A DNA stretch of 64,000 nucleotides from Octopus bimaculoides (Eukaryota), in contig NC_068986.1 of NCBI RefSeq assembly GCF_001194135.2, positions 109,417,199 to 109,481,198 of the forward strand, read 5' to 3'. Numbering within the stretch: position 1 is the first letter of the stretch; each line of letters opens with the position of its first letter. Below are positions 12,741 to 26,204 of this stretch, piece after piece. The notes beneath the pieces are model-generated. The model saw only the letters and a list, made by a program, of their open reading frames with translations, did not search any database and had not been told where the DNA came from. The translations under genes were made by a program, and so were the position numbers.

Positions 12741-14114
12741 AAAGAAAGAGAGACAACTAAATTTACAATGACAATTTTCCACCAATACCAAAATGTGAAA
12801 AGAGAAGTCAAGAGGCATCCTTAATTCATCACACAGCGTTTATAATGCAAGATTCAGCAACTGGCACATACCAGCAAAACTCATTTCATACGCATATACA
12901 CACATGTACACATGCTTGTATATGTGCGTACACACACACACACATGCTTGTATATGTGCGTACACACACGTACACACACAACTACCACTAAAGGAAGCAG
13001 CTTAACCCCAAGAGCAGATAACTGGGGTGAAGCAAATGAAAAGATTAGAAGATGTGCAACATCCAACTCTATAACACTAGAATGAAATGAATGAAAATGA
13101 CCCCAAAACCTTCCTGATATACTTTTCTATTCTGTTGTGTTTATCAGGAACAACAAAAACAAAAGGGCCAGTTAGGGGTTCATATATTTCAGCCATCTGA
13201 TCGACTCAAGCAGAACAAATGCAACATCATCATCATCATCGTCGTTTAATGTCCGCTTTCCATGCTGGCATGGGTTGGACAGTTTGACTGAGGACTGGCG
13301 AGGTTTCTACAGCTGGATGCCCTTCCTAATGCCAACCACTAAGACTAATGGGTGATTTTATATTTGGTCCCTCAGTTTGTTGCTTTTTAGACCTATGTGA
13401 AGGCAAATGGCTCAGTGGTTAGGGTATTTGACTCATGGTCATAAGGTCGAGGGTTCGATTCCTGGCAGTGCCTTGTGTCCTTGAGCAAGACACTTCATAT
13501 CACATTGCTCTACTCCACTCAGCTGGCAAGAACAAGTCAACTGGAACCTTCATCATCGTAACCGGCTGAGTGTCAGTTTTCTCACCTATGTCTTTTTCTA
13601 TTCTCAACCACATGGTTTCAGGTTCAGCCCAACTGTGTAGCACCTTCAACAAATATCTCTACTCTAGCCCCAAATCAACCAAAGCCTTGTGAGTGAATTT
13701 GACACATTGAAACTGGAAGGGGCCATTTGTGTGCATATGGACACAAACTGTAGAGTAGTTTAAAAAATAAATAACAGTATTTAATACTCTCTCTCCTTCC
13801 CTCTCTGTCTGTCTGTCCATTTCCTTTATATATATATAGCAATTAGAAAATGGAGGACAATATGCTGCACCCAACAACTTGCAGACAGTGTATCCCGTTG
13901 AATTAATCAACTTAATTTGTAATTAAAGTGACAAAAAACCACAAAGTACAAGTGTTTATGACAAACCATGTTATATTGACAACCGGGTTTTCTAATTGCT
14001 ATATAAATTTAGGGTAAAACAAGCCCCCCCCCCACCTCCCTTTTACCCTGCCATCGCTAAAATAGAAGGCTAGATACATTGAATAACATGGTTCTTGGTG
14101 TACTGCAGATAAAG

Positions 14115-14269
14115 TGTTATGTCTCAACGCTGCTGCTATCTAGCACCTTCGGATGATCTCTACTCAACCACTACACAACTGCTACTCAACATTCCTACCA
14201 CTGCCAGACTACCTCTATTTATATGTCTTGGGAGATCCTACTTCTTCGCCTGGGGGCGTTGACACAACA
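14115..14269 (-). mobile_element. 155-bp solo LTR
   Basis: TG...CA ends with imperfect terminal inverted repeat (tgttatgtc / gacacaaca), exact 5-bp TSD TAAAG (14110-14114, 14270-14274), TATAAATAG on minus. Confidence 0.75.
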
Positions 14270-14801
14270 TAAAGAAATAAACAGGTTTGGCATGGTTGGA
14301 AGGTCTGCTCCATCAGGGTGATTTGGGGATAAACAACATCAACAATTAAATCTCAGCGAGTATGAGCATATTTTTATAGCGCTTGTGTTTGAGAAGAGAC
14401 AAATCTCTGGGCAGATAGATCTCAGAACAAGGTTAGTTACATTGGGAGATTAGAGATGTACTGGATTAATTGAAAGGTTTAGAAGATTAAGGAAAAGACA
14501 AAAAAAACCAGTGGTCTATCTAGCTAATCTAACATACTATGAAATGTTGGATCAGGAGAAAGACTGGACAGTTGAGTGAATGAGGATAAAAGAATCTTGG
14601 GCGATCCTTCGGTACAAGTTCTCTAAATGTCAAACCGTTTGACAATCGTTCAGACGTTAATCAGTGACAGCTGAGAAACCCATCCCTTAAGAACACATGC
14701 CAGTTATCTCTCTTTCCCCCTACTCTCTCGCTATCTCTTAAAAACACATGTCACTTAGAATTAGAGATAGAGAGAGAAAGCGAGTGATAAGTGACATGTG
14801 T

Positions 14802-14853
<52 letters not shown>

Positions 14854-15371
14854 AAGAGAAAGAGTGCCTGCTGTCTGCTACCTGCTGACTAACGCCCTTT
14901 CCCTCTTTCTTTACGGAATTGATGTAAACAAAGACATGTTGACCAGCTGACTACTGGTTGGCAAATAGCGCACTACTATCGAATGATCGCCGAATCTTGG
15001 TTAACTGAAAAGTTACAACACTACGATCAAAGTACTTCATTCTCAATGAAAGAGTCCATGTGGCTGTAAATAGGTACCATCAGTTGTTTAGCTCTAGCAC
15101 AGTTCTGGCTGAACCTATCATAAAAGATGTCCCAGCCATAACCATCTCGTTAAATTTGTCATCCCCACCATTTTTATCTCTTCTTGGTTCCACCTTGATC
15201 ACCCCCACCTTCTCTCCTAATATGAGTAGTCATATGACCCATCTACAGTTAGAAACCTGCTGTTCCGGTCCCTTCCCTTCTACTTTAACCCCTTGTTGCT
15301 AAAGGTAAAGTTGCATCCCTTGGGGTTTGTAGCCTTGCAGGCTGCATAGCAACTTCACTAGTGCTGGTACC

Positions 15372-15415
<44 letters not shown>

Positions 15416-16309
15416 CCCAGTACAATACGAAGGACATCCAGCCATAGAAACCCTGTTAAACTAGACGATGGAGCAGGATGTAATTCTTGGACCTGTCAGA
15501 CCCTGTCAAACTATCCAACCATGCCAGTATGAAGATGATGGTAATGTCTACAAGACTATATCACCTTGTTACTTTCTCTCTTGAAGACAGTAGAGCGAGA
15601 TTTGAGAAGATATGTGTGCTGCTACATCTAGCAACTCAAGTGATCATGTAGTGGCTCCCCTTGCCAGCCTGAAATACTCTGAGCCAAGTAATTTGCAGTA
15701 GGGAAGTAGAAGATTCAAGATGTACAATAACTTGATGAAGTCAATCCCATACCCCCAGCTGCCTGGAAAAGCTTAACAGTGGTATGTTCAAAGGAGAGAA
15801 AGATGAGGCTCTTGTCCACTTCCTGGTCATCATCATCATCGTTTAACGTCCGCTTTCCATGCTGGCATGGGTTGGACGGTTCGACTGGGGTCTGGGAAGC
15901 CAGGAGGCTGCCCCAGGCTCCAGTCTGATTTGGCAGTGTTTCTACATCTGGATGCCCTTCAATTTCCATTTGATTTTGATGTACTTGACTGAATAGGTCT
16001 CCTCAAGCACAGCATGTCGCCCTATAATCCAAGGTACTTTTGAGTGGGCTGGGGCTGGCAACTACAGCTGTGAACTCACTTTATTTGCCGGGTCTTCGCA
16101 GTCACAGCATATCTCCAGTGATCTCAGTCTTCCGTCATTGCCTCTGCGAGGCCCAACGTCCAAAGGTCAAATATTTTAAGTATTGAAGAATAAGAGTTAA
16201 TGTTTTGGTAGATGTATTAAAAAGGAGTGTATTATTTTCTGATGTGATTCTGTATCGAAATGATTCATGGTACATACAAGATTTATGGCTGAATAAATGG
16301 AATAATAAA

Positions 16310-16363
<54 letters not shown>

Positions 16364-16873
16364 ACACAAACAAGACAGAAAGCCAAGACAAATATATAAT
16401 AGAGAAAGAGAGAGAATGTGTGCAGGAGAGAACACATATGTGAATATCTATGATAGAGAAAATGATACATAGGAGAAGAAAACAGAAAATGTCACCAAGT
16501 TTGAATGGTAGTTTTTACAATATTATTAGCACTTATATCATTGAACATTGTGTCTTTGTATTCATTTGTTGTCACATTCCTGGTATTAATTAATCCCTGG
16601 CAGTATTCCTTTATTTGCTTCTGAAATTTGTAGGACATATAAACATAAGTTTTCTGTGAGGATATGAAGAAGGAAACTAGAAGATATGAGTGGTCTCAAG
16701 GAATTGATGATGGAACTGATGAAGGAAGGAACTAACAGCACCAAACTGCAACCAGAAACAAGCTGCCACCAAATATTTGGCTAAGAACCAATGTCCAAAA
16801 CAAAACACAACAGAAAAACAATAAAAATATAAAATAACCAAGAGTTTGTGAAATTCAGTTTGGAAGTTCTGCT

Positions 16874-16937
16874 GGAGAATCCTTAATGGTTAAACTGATT
16901 TAAAAGGAGAATCCTTAATGGTTAAACTGATTTAAAA
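16874..16937. repeat. Perfect 32-bp tandem duplication
   Basis: ggagaatccttaatggttaaactgatttaaaa x2. Confidence 0.95.
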
Positions 16938-17906
16938 ACAAACAAATTAGGGAACAAAAATATCAATTTAAGTAAATTATGACAATTAGAAGTTTGAAAA
17001 TAAAATAATATTTGAAAATTGTAATTAAGCAATCTTCTGAACATATTTCTATAAATATAATTCTATAAATGTAATTTTCTGAACATACTTCTATAAATGT
17101 AAAGAATAAAATATTTTGAATGACACAACAAATTCACTATAATACAAACAGTGGACTATAACCAGACAATGAATGATTAAATTACAACAGTTCTTACAGT
17201 CCATTGTTTGTATTATAGTGAATTTGTTGTGTCATTCAAAACATTTTATTCTTTACAAACAGTACACAATGCTTCAAGCAAACTACCATACTCTCCTATC
17301 TATAAATGTAATTTTCTGAACATATTTCTATAAATGTAATTTATTGAATTACTCCGAGTCCCGAGAAACATGGATGTTAAATGATGAGGAGTTCCCAACA
17401 TTTTATTGAATCTGAAATAATCATTTATTTCATCCACTTTAACACAAGACTATTGATTATTGTATTATATAAATATGACAGTGCATGACATAGTGGTTTG
17501 AGTGTTGGATTCCTGATTGTAAGATTGCAGTTTCGATTCTTGGACTGGGCAGTGCATAGTGTTCTTGAACAAAACACTTCACTTCATGTTATTCCAGTCC
17601 ACTCAACTGGTAAAAAGGAGTAATCCAGCAATGGACTGGCATCCCATTCAGGAAGGAATATATAGACAAGAGAAACTGGGGAATCAGCCCTATACTTCTT
17701 ACAAAGTAATGTGGACTAACCATTATTATATAAATGTTAAGTAATATTTCTAATATGTCTAAATTAGTCACACTAAGTGTCTAACGGTCAACAAGTTATT
17801 GTTGTTACTGCATAGATCTGATCATTTAAGTCTGAACAGACCTTTTGATCAAAAGGTTGACTAACAATCATATCCACTTCACTTGATAGATTATGATAAT
17901 ATAATA

Positions 17907-18002
17907 ATCTACATCACTTAATAAATTATGATAATCTAATCTACATCACTTAATAAATTATGATAATCTAATCTACATCACTTAATAAATTATGATAATC
18001 TA
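17907..18002. repeat. 32-bp minisatellite x3
   Basis: atctacatcacttaataaattatgataatcta x3. Confidence 0.95.
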
Positions 18003-18634
18003 ACAGTGAAATTCCTAAGATTCCTTCTATAATGTTAATTGCAGATGAATCTTGGTAAGATAAGAATGAAACACAAAATTACATTTCCATTAGAAATACA
18101 ACACAATCTGGTTGTGTTGATCACACATTTTCATATCGATTATATATTTTTGAAGTGACAGTGAAGTTGAAATAAAGTATTTAGTGAATGATAAATGTTT
18201 TGTTTAAAGTACAGTTTAGGATAAAACAAAACTATGGAAGGACAATGTCACTAACATGAAAACCAAGATAGAACCAATGAATAAGTTTCTATAATAATAA
18301 TGATAATAATAATAATCAAAACCCTACAAGAAATTTTTGAGGTGTCCCAGAAAGAAGTCACTGTAGTAAGGTGTAACTTTGGAGAAAAAAAAAATAGAAG
18401 ATAATACATTTCAGATGAATGAATATGTTAATAATGCTTTAAGAATTGAAATAAAATAAACCATACACCTAATGAGAAAACTGAGGATTTAGAAAATGTT
18501 AGTGCAAAATCACCATGAAATAAATTATTTATATTGCCGTGAATTGCTTATCTAATGAAACCTGACCCAAAATCCTTCAAAGAATTGTATATAAATGCGT
18601 GTATTTATGGGAGTGGCGAACTATGGTTACATAC

Positions 18635-18673
18635 CTGGTACAATGCTTCATCATCTGAATCCGTTGGAGCACG
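18635..18673 (-). CDS. TMEM63: Candidate TMEM63 39-nt microexon: RAPTDSDDEALYQ
   Basis: tttttcaacctctttaag acceptor, CAG|gtatgt donor; phase 0-0; lies between the gap exon and the terminal exon. Confidence 0.6.
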
Positions 18674-21600
18674 CTTAAAGAGGTTGAAAAATAAGAGAAG
18701 AATGAAGGAGGGTACCAAGAGACATCAAAAAGATGTTACAAGTGAGATTAAAAGATGATGGTAATGGATAATTGTCATCATGCAGCTGAAAGGACTCAAG
18801 GCATGCATATAGACCAACTCCATTAAATGAACCAACTCCATGCAGATGCACTAAACTCCATTAAAAGCTTGCACCAGCCTTTCCACAAAAGACACCAATA
18901 ATCAACAGAAAATGCCGTAATAGAGATTTAATTACCAACGACAGTCTTGATTAATTAAAAAGTAATATTTGTTAAATTAATTCTATTTTTATTTGAAATG
19001 GTGAAAAAAAAAAAATGTTGTGGACAATGAATCAGAATTATTGGTTGAGGTAAACAATAGGACTACAAGACCATATTCTTCACTTATTAGATATTTGCCT
19101 GAATATTAATTAATATAGATAAATGAAATAAGACAAATGACCTTTTAGTATTTAATTGTGGTTCTTTAGGGTCTGAGTTCAAATTCAGCAAAAGACAACA
19201 TTGCTTTTTGCCCTTTTGTGGTTTGCGAAAATAAGTACCAGTAAAATATTGGAGTCAATAAATTCTACAGTTGTTCCCTGACGCTGATCGATGATTCACT
19301 GCTGGGTACCTCTGATCCCTGAAGATCATCCTGCAGGTTACCCAGACTTGTGTATAGATAAATACATATAAATAAATGAAAGACAGCATTTTGCATTTGA
19401 AATGATGGTGCTGGGGCCACATAAATATTATCCATGCCAGTGCTGGGGCCACATAAAGTGCCTCAGTGCCATTGCCACATAAGGTGCACCTGTGTTGGTG
19501 CCATGTATAAAGCACCCAACACACTCTGTAAAGGGGTTGATATTAGGAAAAGCATCCAACCATAGAACCAAAGTCAAATATGACTAGAGCCTGGTCCAAG
19601 TCGCCAGCTTTGGTCAAACCATCCAACCCATGCCAGCATGGAAAATGAACATTAAAAAAAGATGATGATGATGAGGGCATCATCAGTCTCTAAAATTGGA
19701 ATAATTTTATTTAGAGTGAAGAAGTATGGTTGTGTGTTTCAGAAGCTCATTTCACCAGGACAGGTTCCAGGTTCAGTCCCACTGCATGACAACACCTTGG
19801 GCAAGTACCTTCTACTATAGCCTCAGGCTGACCAAAGGTTTGTCAGTTAAATTTGGTATAGACACAACGTAAAAGCCCATCACAGGGATTGATCTGTCAC
19901 CTAGTTTAATACCCTTTGGCCTGGTACATTGGGTACATTTAGCAGGGTTCACTGTTACAAGGCCAGATCTTCAGTTAGAGAACAGTTTCTCCCTTTCTCC
20001 TACCAATCTCATGAACCTTAAAAAGATTCATGGACACTGCTTTTCCTCCGGTGACTACATCATATATGATACAACTTTTTATGTGAATTAGTTGCTTCAG
20101 ATTTAGACAATACAAACCCTCAAAATCTTAAGTTTTTAGGGGAATTAGAAAACATTTCTTGCTGTTTTTGTCCTTTTTTTTTTTTCACAAATATTAACCA
20201 TCAAATATGCTTTAAACTGAAACATCTTTGGTCTACATTATCTTTTAATATTTTATACCAATATGGCAATAGAACTAGCAGAATCCATAGCAGCATTTCG
20301 TCAGTCATTATGTTCAAATTCTGCCGAGGTTGACTTTGCCTTTCATCTTTTCAGGGTTGATAAAATAAGTACCAGTTGAGCACTGGCATTGATATAATCG
20401 ACTTATCCTGCCCACCAACACCAAATTGTTGGCCTTGTGCCAAAATTTGAAACCAATATTTCATACCAACAAAGGCTGTGATGTTGAGCATTAGCTACCA
20501 TTTCGGTTCCACATCAATCCTGAATGAGTAAACCTAAGATCAATAGCACCCCACCCATGTCCAACCTGTCATTTTTCAACAAAATGTATTTACAACTACA
20601 ATATTGAATGTGTCATATTTAAAGAAAATATGGTAAGATTTTAAGGACATTTACTTGCTATTTCTAGCAGACTGAAAAACCATATAAAGGATCACTCATT
20701 TGCTCATTATAGCCTTTAGTTTTGTCCTCATTTGAGATCAAATCCTACTAGGGTTGATTTTGTCTTTCATCCCCTCCAGGGTTGATTAAAGGAATATCAC
20801 TAACAAAATACATTTCAAAGAAACACATCAGTTCTCTACAAGACTTGGTCTTCAAACTCTTTTAAAAGACAATCCAATATTTTATACACAAACAGAGAGG
20901 ATAGGTCATTGTGACATGCTGAACGAGATACAAGATTTAATTCCATCCATGACACACACTCTTGATTTTACAATACTTTTCATTCCTCTGGAATTGTCAA
21001 AAAGAAAAAAAAATAACAACACAAACATGAGGACCAAATTTATCACAAAACCATTAAAAACACTGACATTCTGGTGCCAAAGACTGAAATCAGTTTTCCA
21101 TGCAAGGATCACAATGTGGTGAATAAGTTATTGGAAAGTCAAATCTCTGATGATCTTGGATTTGGATTTTGAAAATAAACCGTTCCACTTAAATTACAAG
21201 GCTATGAATCTGGTCAGTCAACAGTGAAATTAGCGTTAATATATCTGGTACAACTAATGAGGGGAGCAATAAAAATCTAACTAGAAATCATTGTCAATAA
21301 CTAAAATTGTTTTCATTTTCTTTTTCCAGCAAGTACAGAAAATAACTCTGGACATGTTTCTGCCTTATTAAGATCTCATCGGAGGGTTATTTATTTATAT
21401 TACATCCTGTGAACAGCATTGTTTGTTATGGGTTTTCAATGGACCAGTCTGTGATTCATTGAAGTTTTGATGACAAGAGAGAGAAGGGAATGTTTGTAGA
21501 ACTCACAGAATATTCAAGACAAACTGTTTAAACACCCGTTTATCAGCTTTTTCACTGGTACTTACATCTATCAACGCTATTTATCATTGAATGAGATAAA

Positions 21601-24184
21601 TATACATTATAATTATACACATGTGTGTGTGTGTGCATATGTGTACATACATGGGATCTATTTTAAAATGGGGGCACCAGTATTTTCTTAACGAAACACT
21701 AACGAAACACTTTGAAACTTGGGACACTGGTAGAATGTGTCATATAAAACATCTTTTACTCTTAGTCTTCTTAACAAAAAAAAGGAATTCGCAAGTTATT
21801 CCATGTTAAAGTTGTCGTATTTCTGTAATTTCAACCAATCACTGACGTTTTTTCAGCTCAATAGAGTTACTGCTGGGCGGTCATAAAAATGTTATTCCCT
21901 GTGACATATTTCATCCGGTTTAATCGTAATTTATATGCATATATTGGGTTTGTTGGGATGGTCATAACTGGAAAACCTTTGATAGCAGATTCCACTGCAT
22001 TAGCTCTGACTTGTGGGTAAATGGCAGTCCCCAGTGTCTCTACCCCCACCCAGTAAGCCAGTCTGGTATAGCTTTGTTCTAAAACCAAGAAAGAAGCAAA
22101 AAGGGTTTAAGAAGAGTTTACTCTGTGTGTGTGTGTGTGTGTGTGTTAAGATTAGGAAAGTATCTATATTTATTTGCTGTAATATATTATATAGGATCAG
22201 ATTCTTTGATCATATCAGTAATCTGTTAAATTACGCTGACCATATAAAAAGAAATGTTGGGAAGCATTAGTCTTGAAGAAAGTATAAGAAAGCGGCACAT
22301 TGAGAATGAAGACAGCCAAAGACAAGGGTGAGTATTTGAAGCCAGCACGAAAACCAATACACGAAGCAAGCACAAATACAATACATACAAGACAATTGGT
22401 TAAATAATACATCATTAATGAAACATTGATAGCCACATATATAAACATTCCTCTGTTGATTCAAGTTGTAACTTGTTGAACAAGAAATAACAAACATATA
22501 TTGATAACTGTGGTACACATGCAGCTATAGATGTATATAGGATATATGTGTGTATATGATTATATATAGATTGCTAATTGTATACATTTGTAGATATATA
22601 TAATAACAGCACATTTATTGGTATAGATGTATTTACGATATATATATGTATTTATTTCTGTGTTCACTGAGGTACCATGCACCTTCGTAAACGTGTATTA
22701 TGTGAGTGTATATGATAAATATATATATATGTGTGATAGAATTTGAAATAAAAAGTCCTTGCTACAATATTATATATTTGAAAAAAAATGGATGGAAAAT
22801 GGCATTTCTGATCATTTTTCCTTTTTAATAATTAGATGTTTATAAATTAGGTGTTTATAGATCAACAGCTAATAATTTATAAGCTAATTATTAAATGGAG
22901 AAATTGCCAGAAAAGCCATGTCTATTCATTTTTTTCAATTATATACACACACACATATATATATAATGTATATATAGTGTAATGATGCGTGGCTTTCAGA
23001 ATGCTTTTAAAGTGTGTTTTGTAATGCCTGGTTCATTACATATCCAGGAAGAATACCAAACCTGAAGAACAAAATCATCAAAGAATTAACAGGAATATCT
23101 TAAATACAAAATTCTCAAGTTGCTAGACTTGATACAGTTGAAGAAATTGGTAAGTGGTATATAAAAGAAACTCTTATGGAATTGTAAAAAATGAAAATTT
23201 TAAGTAATCTTGTAACAGAATATGGCTCCCATCCCAAATATTTATTAAACTTTTGAAGGAATTGGCAAGCGATCAGAATCCATCACAAGCCTTAGAGAAT
23301 AGGGTTGCACTTCTAATATATTGTGTTTCTCAAAAATGCTTTCAACGTACCATAATTGTTTCTTTTTTTCCAGAATGGAATTAAATATTATTGGAGACTT
23401 TTTGTTTCACTAACCAAATTTTCTTCAAATACACAAAATTTGAGGAAACTAAAAGTTGATTCTTGAAAAGTCTGAGCAATTTCTCATCATTAACCAAATC
23501 TCCTGACAAAAGATTGCTAAGACTAAAATTGTCTTTACATTTTTAGTATTTTTTCTTCCATTTTTTTTTTTTTTCAAATGTCAATTTTGAATGTTTCAAA
23601 AATATTTTATTAAATAACCATTTCTGAGCACCATTGGATGCTTATTGAGTTCTTTTTGAGAACTTTTTGGAGCCCATTNNNNNNNNNNNNNNNNNNNNNN
23701 NNNNNNNNNNNNNNNNNNNNNNNNNNNNNNNNNNNNNNNNNNNNNNNNNNNNNNNNNNNNNNNNNNNNNNNNNNNNNNNNNNNNNNNNNNNNNNNNNNNN
23801 NNNNNNNNNNNNNNNNNNNNNNNNNNNNNNNNNNNNNNNNNNNNNNNNNNNNNNNNNNNNNNNNNNNNNNNNNNNNNNNNNNNNNNNNNNNNNNNNNNNN
23901 NNNNNNNNNNNNNNNNNNNNNNNNNNNNNNNNNNNNNNNNNNNNNNNNNNNNNNNNNNNNNNNNNNNNNNNNNNNNNNNNNNNNNNNNNNNNNNNNNNNN
24001 NNNNNNNNNNNNNNNNNNNNNNNNNNNNNNNNNNNNNNNNNNNNNNNNNNNNNNNNNNNNNNNNNNNNNNNNNNNNNNNNNNNNNNNNNNNNNNNNNNNN
24101 NNNNNNNNNNNNNNNNNNNNNNNNNNNNNNNNNNNNNNNNNNNNNNNNNNNNNNNNNNNNNNNNNNNNNNNNNNNNNNNNNNNN

Positions 24185-24190
24185 TATCCG
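24185..24190 (-). CDS. TMEM63: Start of TMEM63 last-TM exon running into the N-gap 23679-24184
   Basis: Long pyrimidine tract catttctttgcatttttctctcctgtttag|CG GAT A immediately before the gap. A+CG=Thr keeps the phase. The last TM helix was not found elsewhere. Confidence 0.7.
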
Positions 24191-24282
24191 CTAAACAGGA
24201 GAGAAAAATGCAAAGAAATGAATAAATAAATGTAATTTTAATGAGTGATTTGAGAATTATTAATTGCACAATTAACCACTTC

Positions 24283-24505
24283 TTATTTCTTTACTGGCCA
24301 CAAGGGGCTACACACAGAGGGGACAAACGGATTAAGTCGATTATATCGACCCCAGTGCGTAACTGGTACTTATTTAATCGACCCCGAAAGGATGAAAGGC
24401 AAAGTTGACCTCGGCGGAATTTGAACTCAGAACGTAAAGACAGATGAAATACCGCTAAACATTTCGCCCGGAGTGCTAACGATTCTTCCAGCTCTCCGCC
24501 TTCAT
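24283..24505 (-). mobile_element. SINE family B with 13-bp TSD
   Basis: aattaaccacttc at 24270-24282 and 24506-24518. Confidence 0.9.
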
Positions 24506-25187
24506 AATTAACCACTTCACCACATGTAATCTAAACATAACATTAAATGTTTCGTCATCTAATTCCTATCAATTTAAACCAAAACCACATATTTCATACC
24601 TGTTTCTTAACACTGGCAGGTGTGTGTGATTAAGAATGTCATTTCACAATGATGAGGTTTTAAGTTCAAGCCCACAACAGCTTAGTTCTTTCAATTCGAT
24701 ATCCTAGATAAGAAATTCCATTCAACCTGCTTTGACCACCCCCAGAAGTGTGATGGGCATGCCCAGGACAAACTCAGAAAAAAAGTGATCCCTTGACTCC
24801 CTAGGACTCAAAGGATACTATTGAGACCAATCTAACTGTAATTCATTTCTTAAAATGTAACACTTAACTGAGCTACAAGTTTATACAGACTCTACTGCAA
24901 ACCAAATGAGAGGATGCTGTACATTGACACCAGCTTCCTGCTACCAGCCTACAGAAGATGCAGATTCTATTTGCAGAAAAGAGGATCATTTTATAACAAA
25001 AAAAAAAACAACTCACACAAATTAGGTGCTTTTTGGAACTAAAAAAAGAGAAATTTGCAGATACTGCCCTCATGAGCACAAGTTTATTTTGACAATGTGG
25101 TCATGTTCCTTTTTGAAGTATATACTACACAAAATCTCTCATCACCCTTTTACTCTGTCCATCTCTCCTTGCTTCTGTCGCTTTCAT

Positions 25188-25234
<47 letters not shown>

Positions 25235-25429
25235 TCTACCACACACTCACAGCAATAAATATGTTACTAACGTCATTCTTTAACCTCCTTTATCACAAGG
25301 CCTGAAATTTTTGGGGAGGGGGCCAGTCGATTAGATCGACTCGAGTACGCAACTGGTACTTAATTTATTGACCCCGAAAGGATGAAAGGCAAAGTTGACC
25401 TCGGCGGTATTTGATCTCAAAACGTAATA

Positions 25430-25825
25430 AACTGCGCTTGCGAAGACCTGTCGAGGCAAGTGAAGTCATTGTCATGGCCAATGACAGTACCGCCTGATTG
25501 GCACCCATGCCAGTTTCACATAAAAAGCACCATTTGAGCGTGGCCAATGCCAGTGCCAGCGAACTGGTCCCGTGCTGGTGGTACATAAGAAACACCATCA
25601 AAGCATGGCCGATGCCAGTTCCGTTTGATTGGCCCTCGTGCCAGTGGCATGTAAAAAGCACCCACTACACTCTCGGAGTGGTTGGCATTAGGAAGGGCAT
25701 CCAGCTGTAGAAACTCTGCCAGATTGGATTGGAGCTTGGTGCAGCCTTCTGGCTTGCTAGCCCTCAGTCAAACCGTCCAACCCATACCAGCATGGAAAGC
25801 AGACGTTAAACAACGATGATGATGA
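25430..25825 (+). mobile_element. RTE LINE 3' end
   Basis: ORF end ALAKTCRGK*, tandem UTR units, (GAT)n tail; similar copies at 5060-5385, 15830-16170(-), 27405-27515, 28775-29003 and 36270-36645. Confidence 0.85.
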
Positions 25826-26036
25826 CAAACATAAAGACAGACGAAATACTGCTAAGCATTTCACCCGGAAATGGTAACGATTCTGCCAGCCTGCTGCCTT
25901 AAAAATAAGAATCAAAGGAATTCCGTGGGATTCAAAACTGCATTTCCTGCACACATGCCAGGTGTTCTACCATTGGAGCAGATCACTCCTTTGCGATAAT
26001 TAGTAATATTAATGAGAGAATTATCAAAGTACTTAC

Positions 26037-26204
26037 TTAGACGTAGTGCTGTGAAGAATACTATAACAATTTGGAGTAAGATTACAGAGACTATAACAAA
26101 GTTCACGGCTGTTGTGTGGATGTGTTTGTTGATACGAGATGGCTTGTAAGCAAAATATATATTATAGCGATCGACCATGTGTTTCATGGCAAGATATATT
26201 AGAC
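26037..26204 (-). CDS. TMEM63: TMEM63 exon: LIYLAMKHMVDRYNIYFAYKPSRINKHIHTTAVNFVIVSVILLQIVIVFFTALRL
   Basis: ctgtttcag acceptor, A|gtaagt donor; KHxVDRYN motif. Confidence 0.97.

Noticed and set aside
17907-18002. CRISPR-like repeat array
   Set aside because: Head-to-tail repeats without spacers in a eukaryotic intron
21867-22088. 73-aa minus ORF with a good acceptor, phase-compatible with TMEM63 exon 26037
   Set aside because: No TMEM63 similarity and no TM helix. The better acceptor at 24191 explains the next exon, and 21650-21990 resembles an interspersed repeat.
22215-22448. Hydrophobic minus ORF (LVCIVFVLASCIGF..FKYSP) as the last TM exon
   Set aside because: No AG acceptor in a suitable position or phase, and no donor
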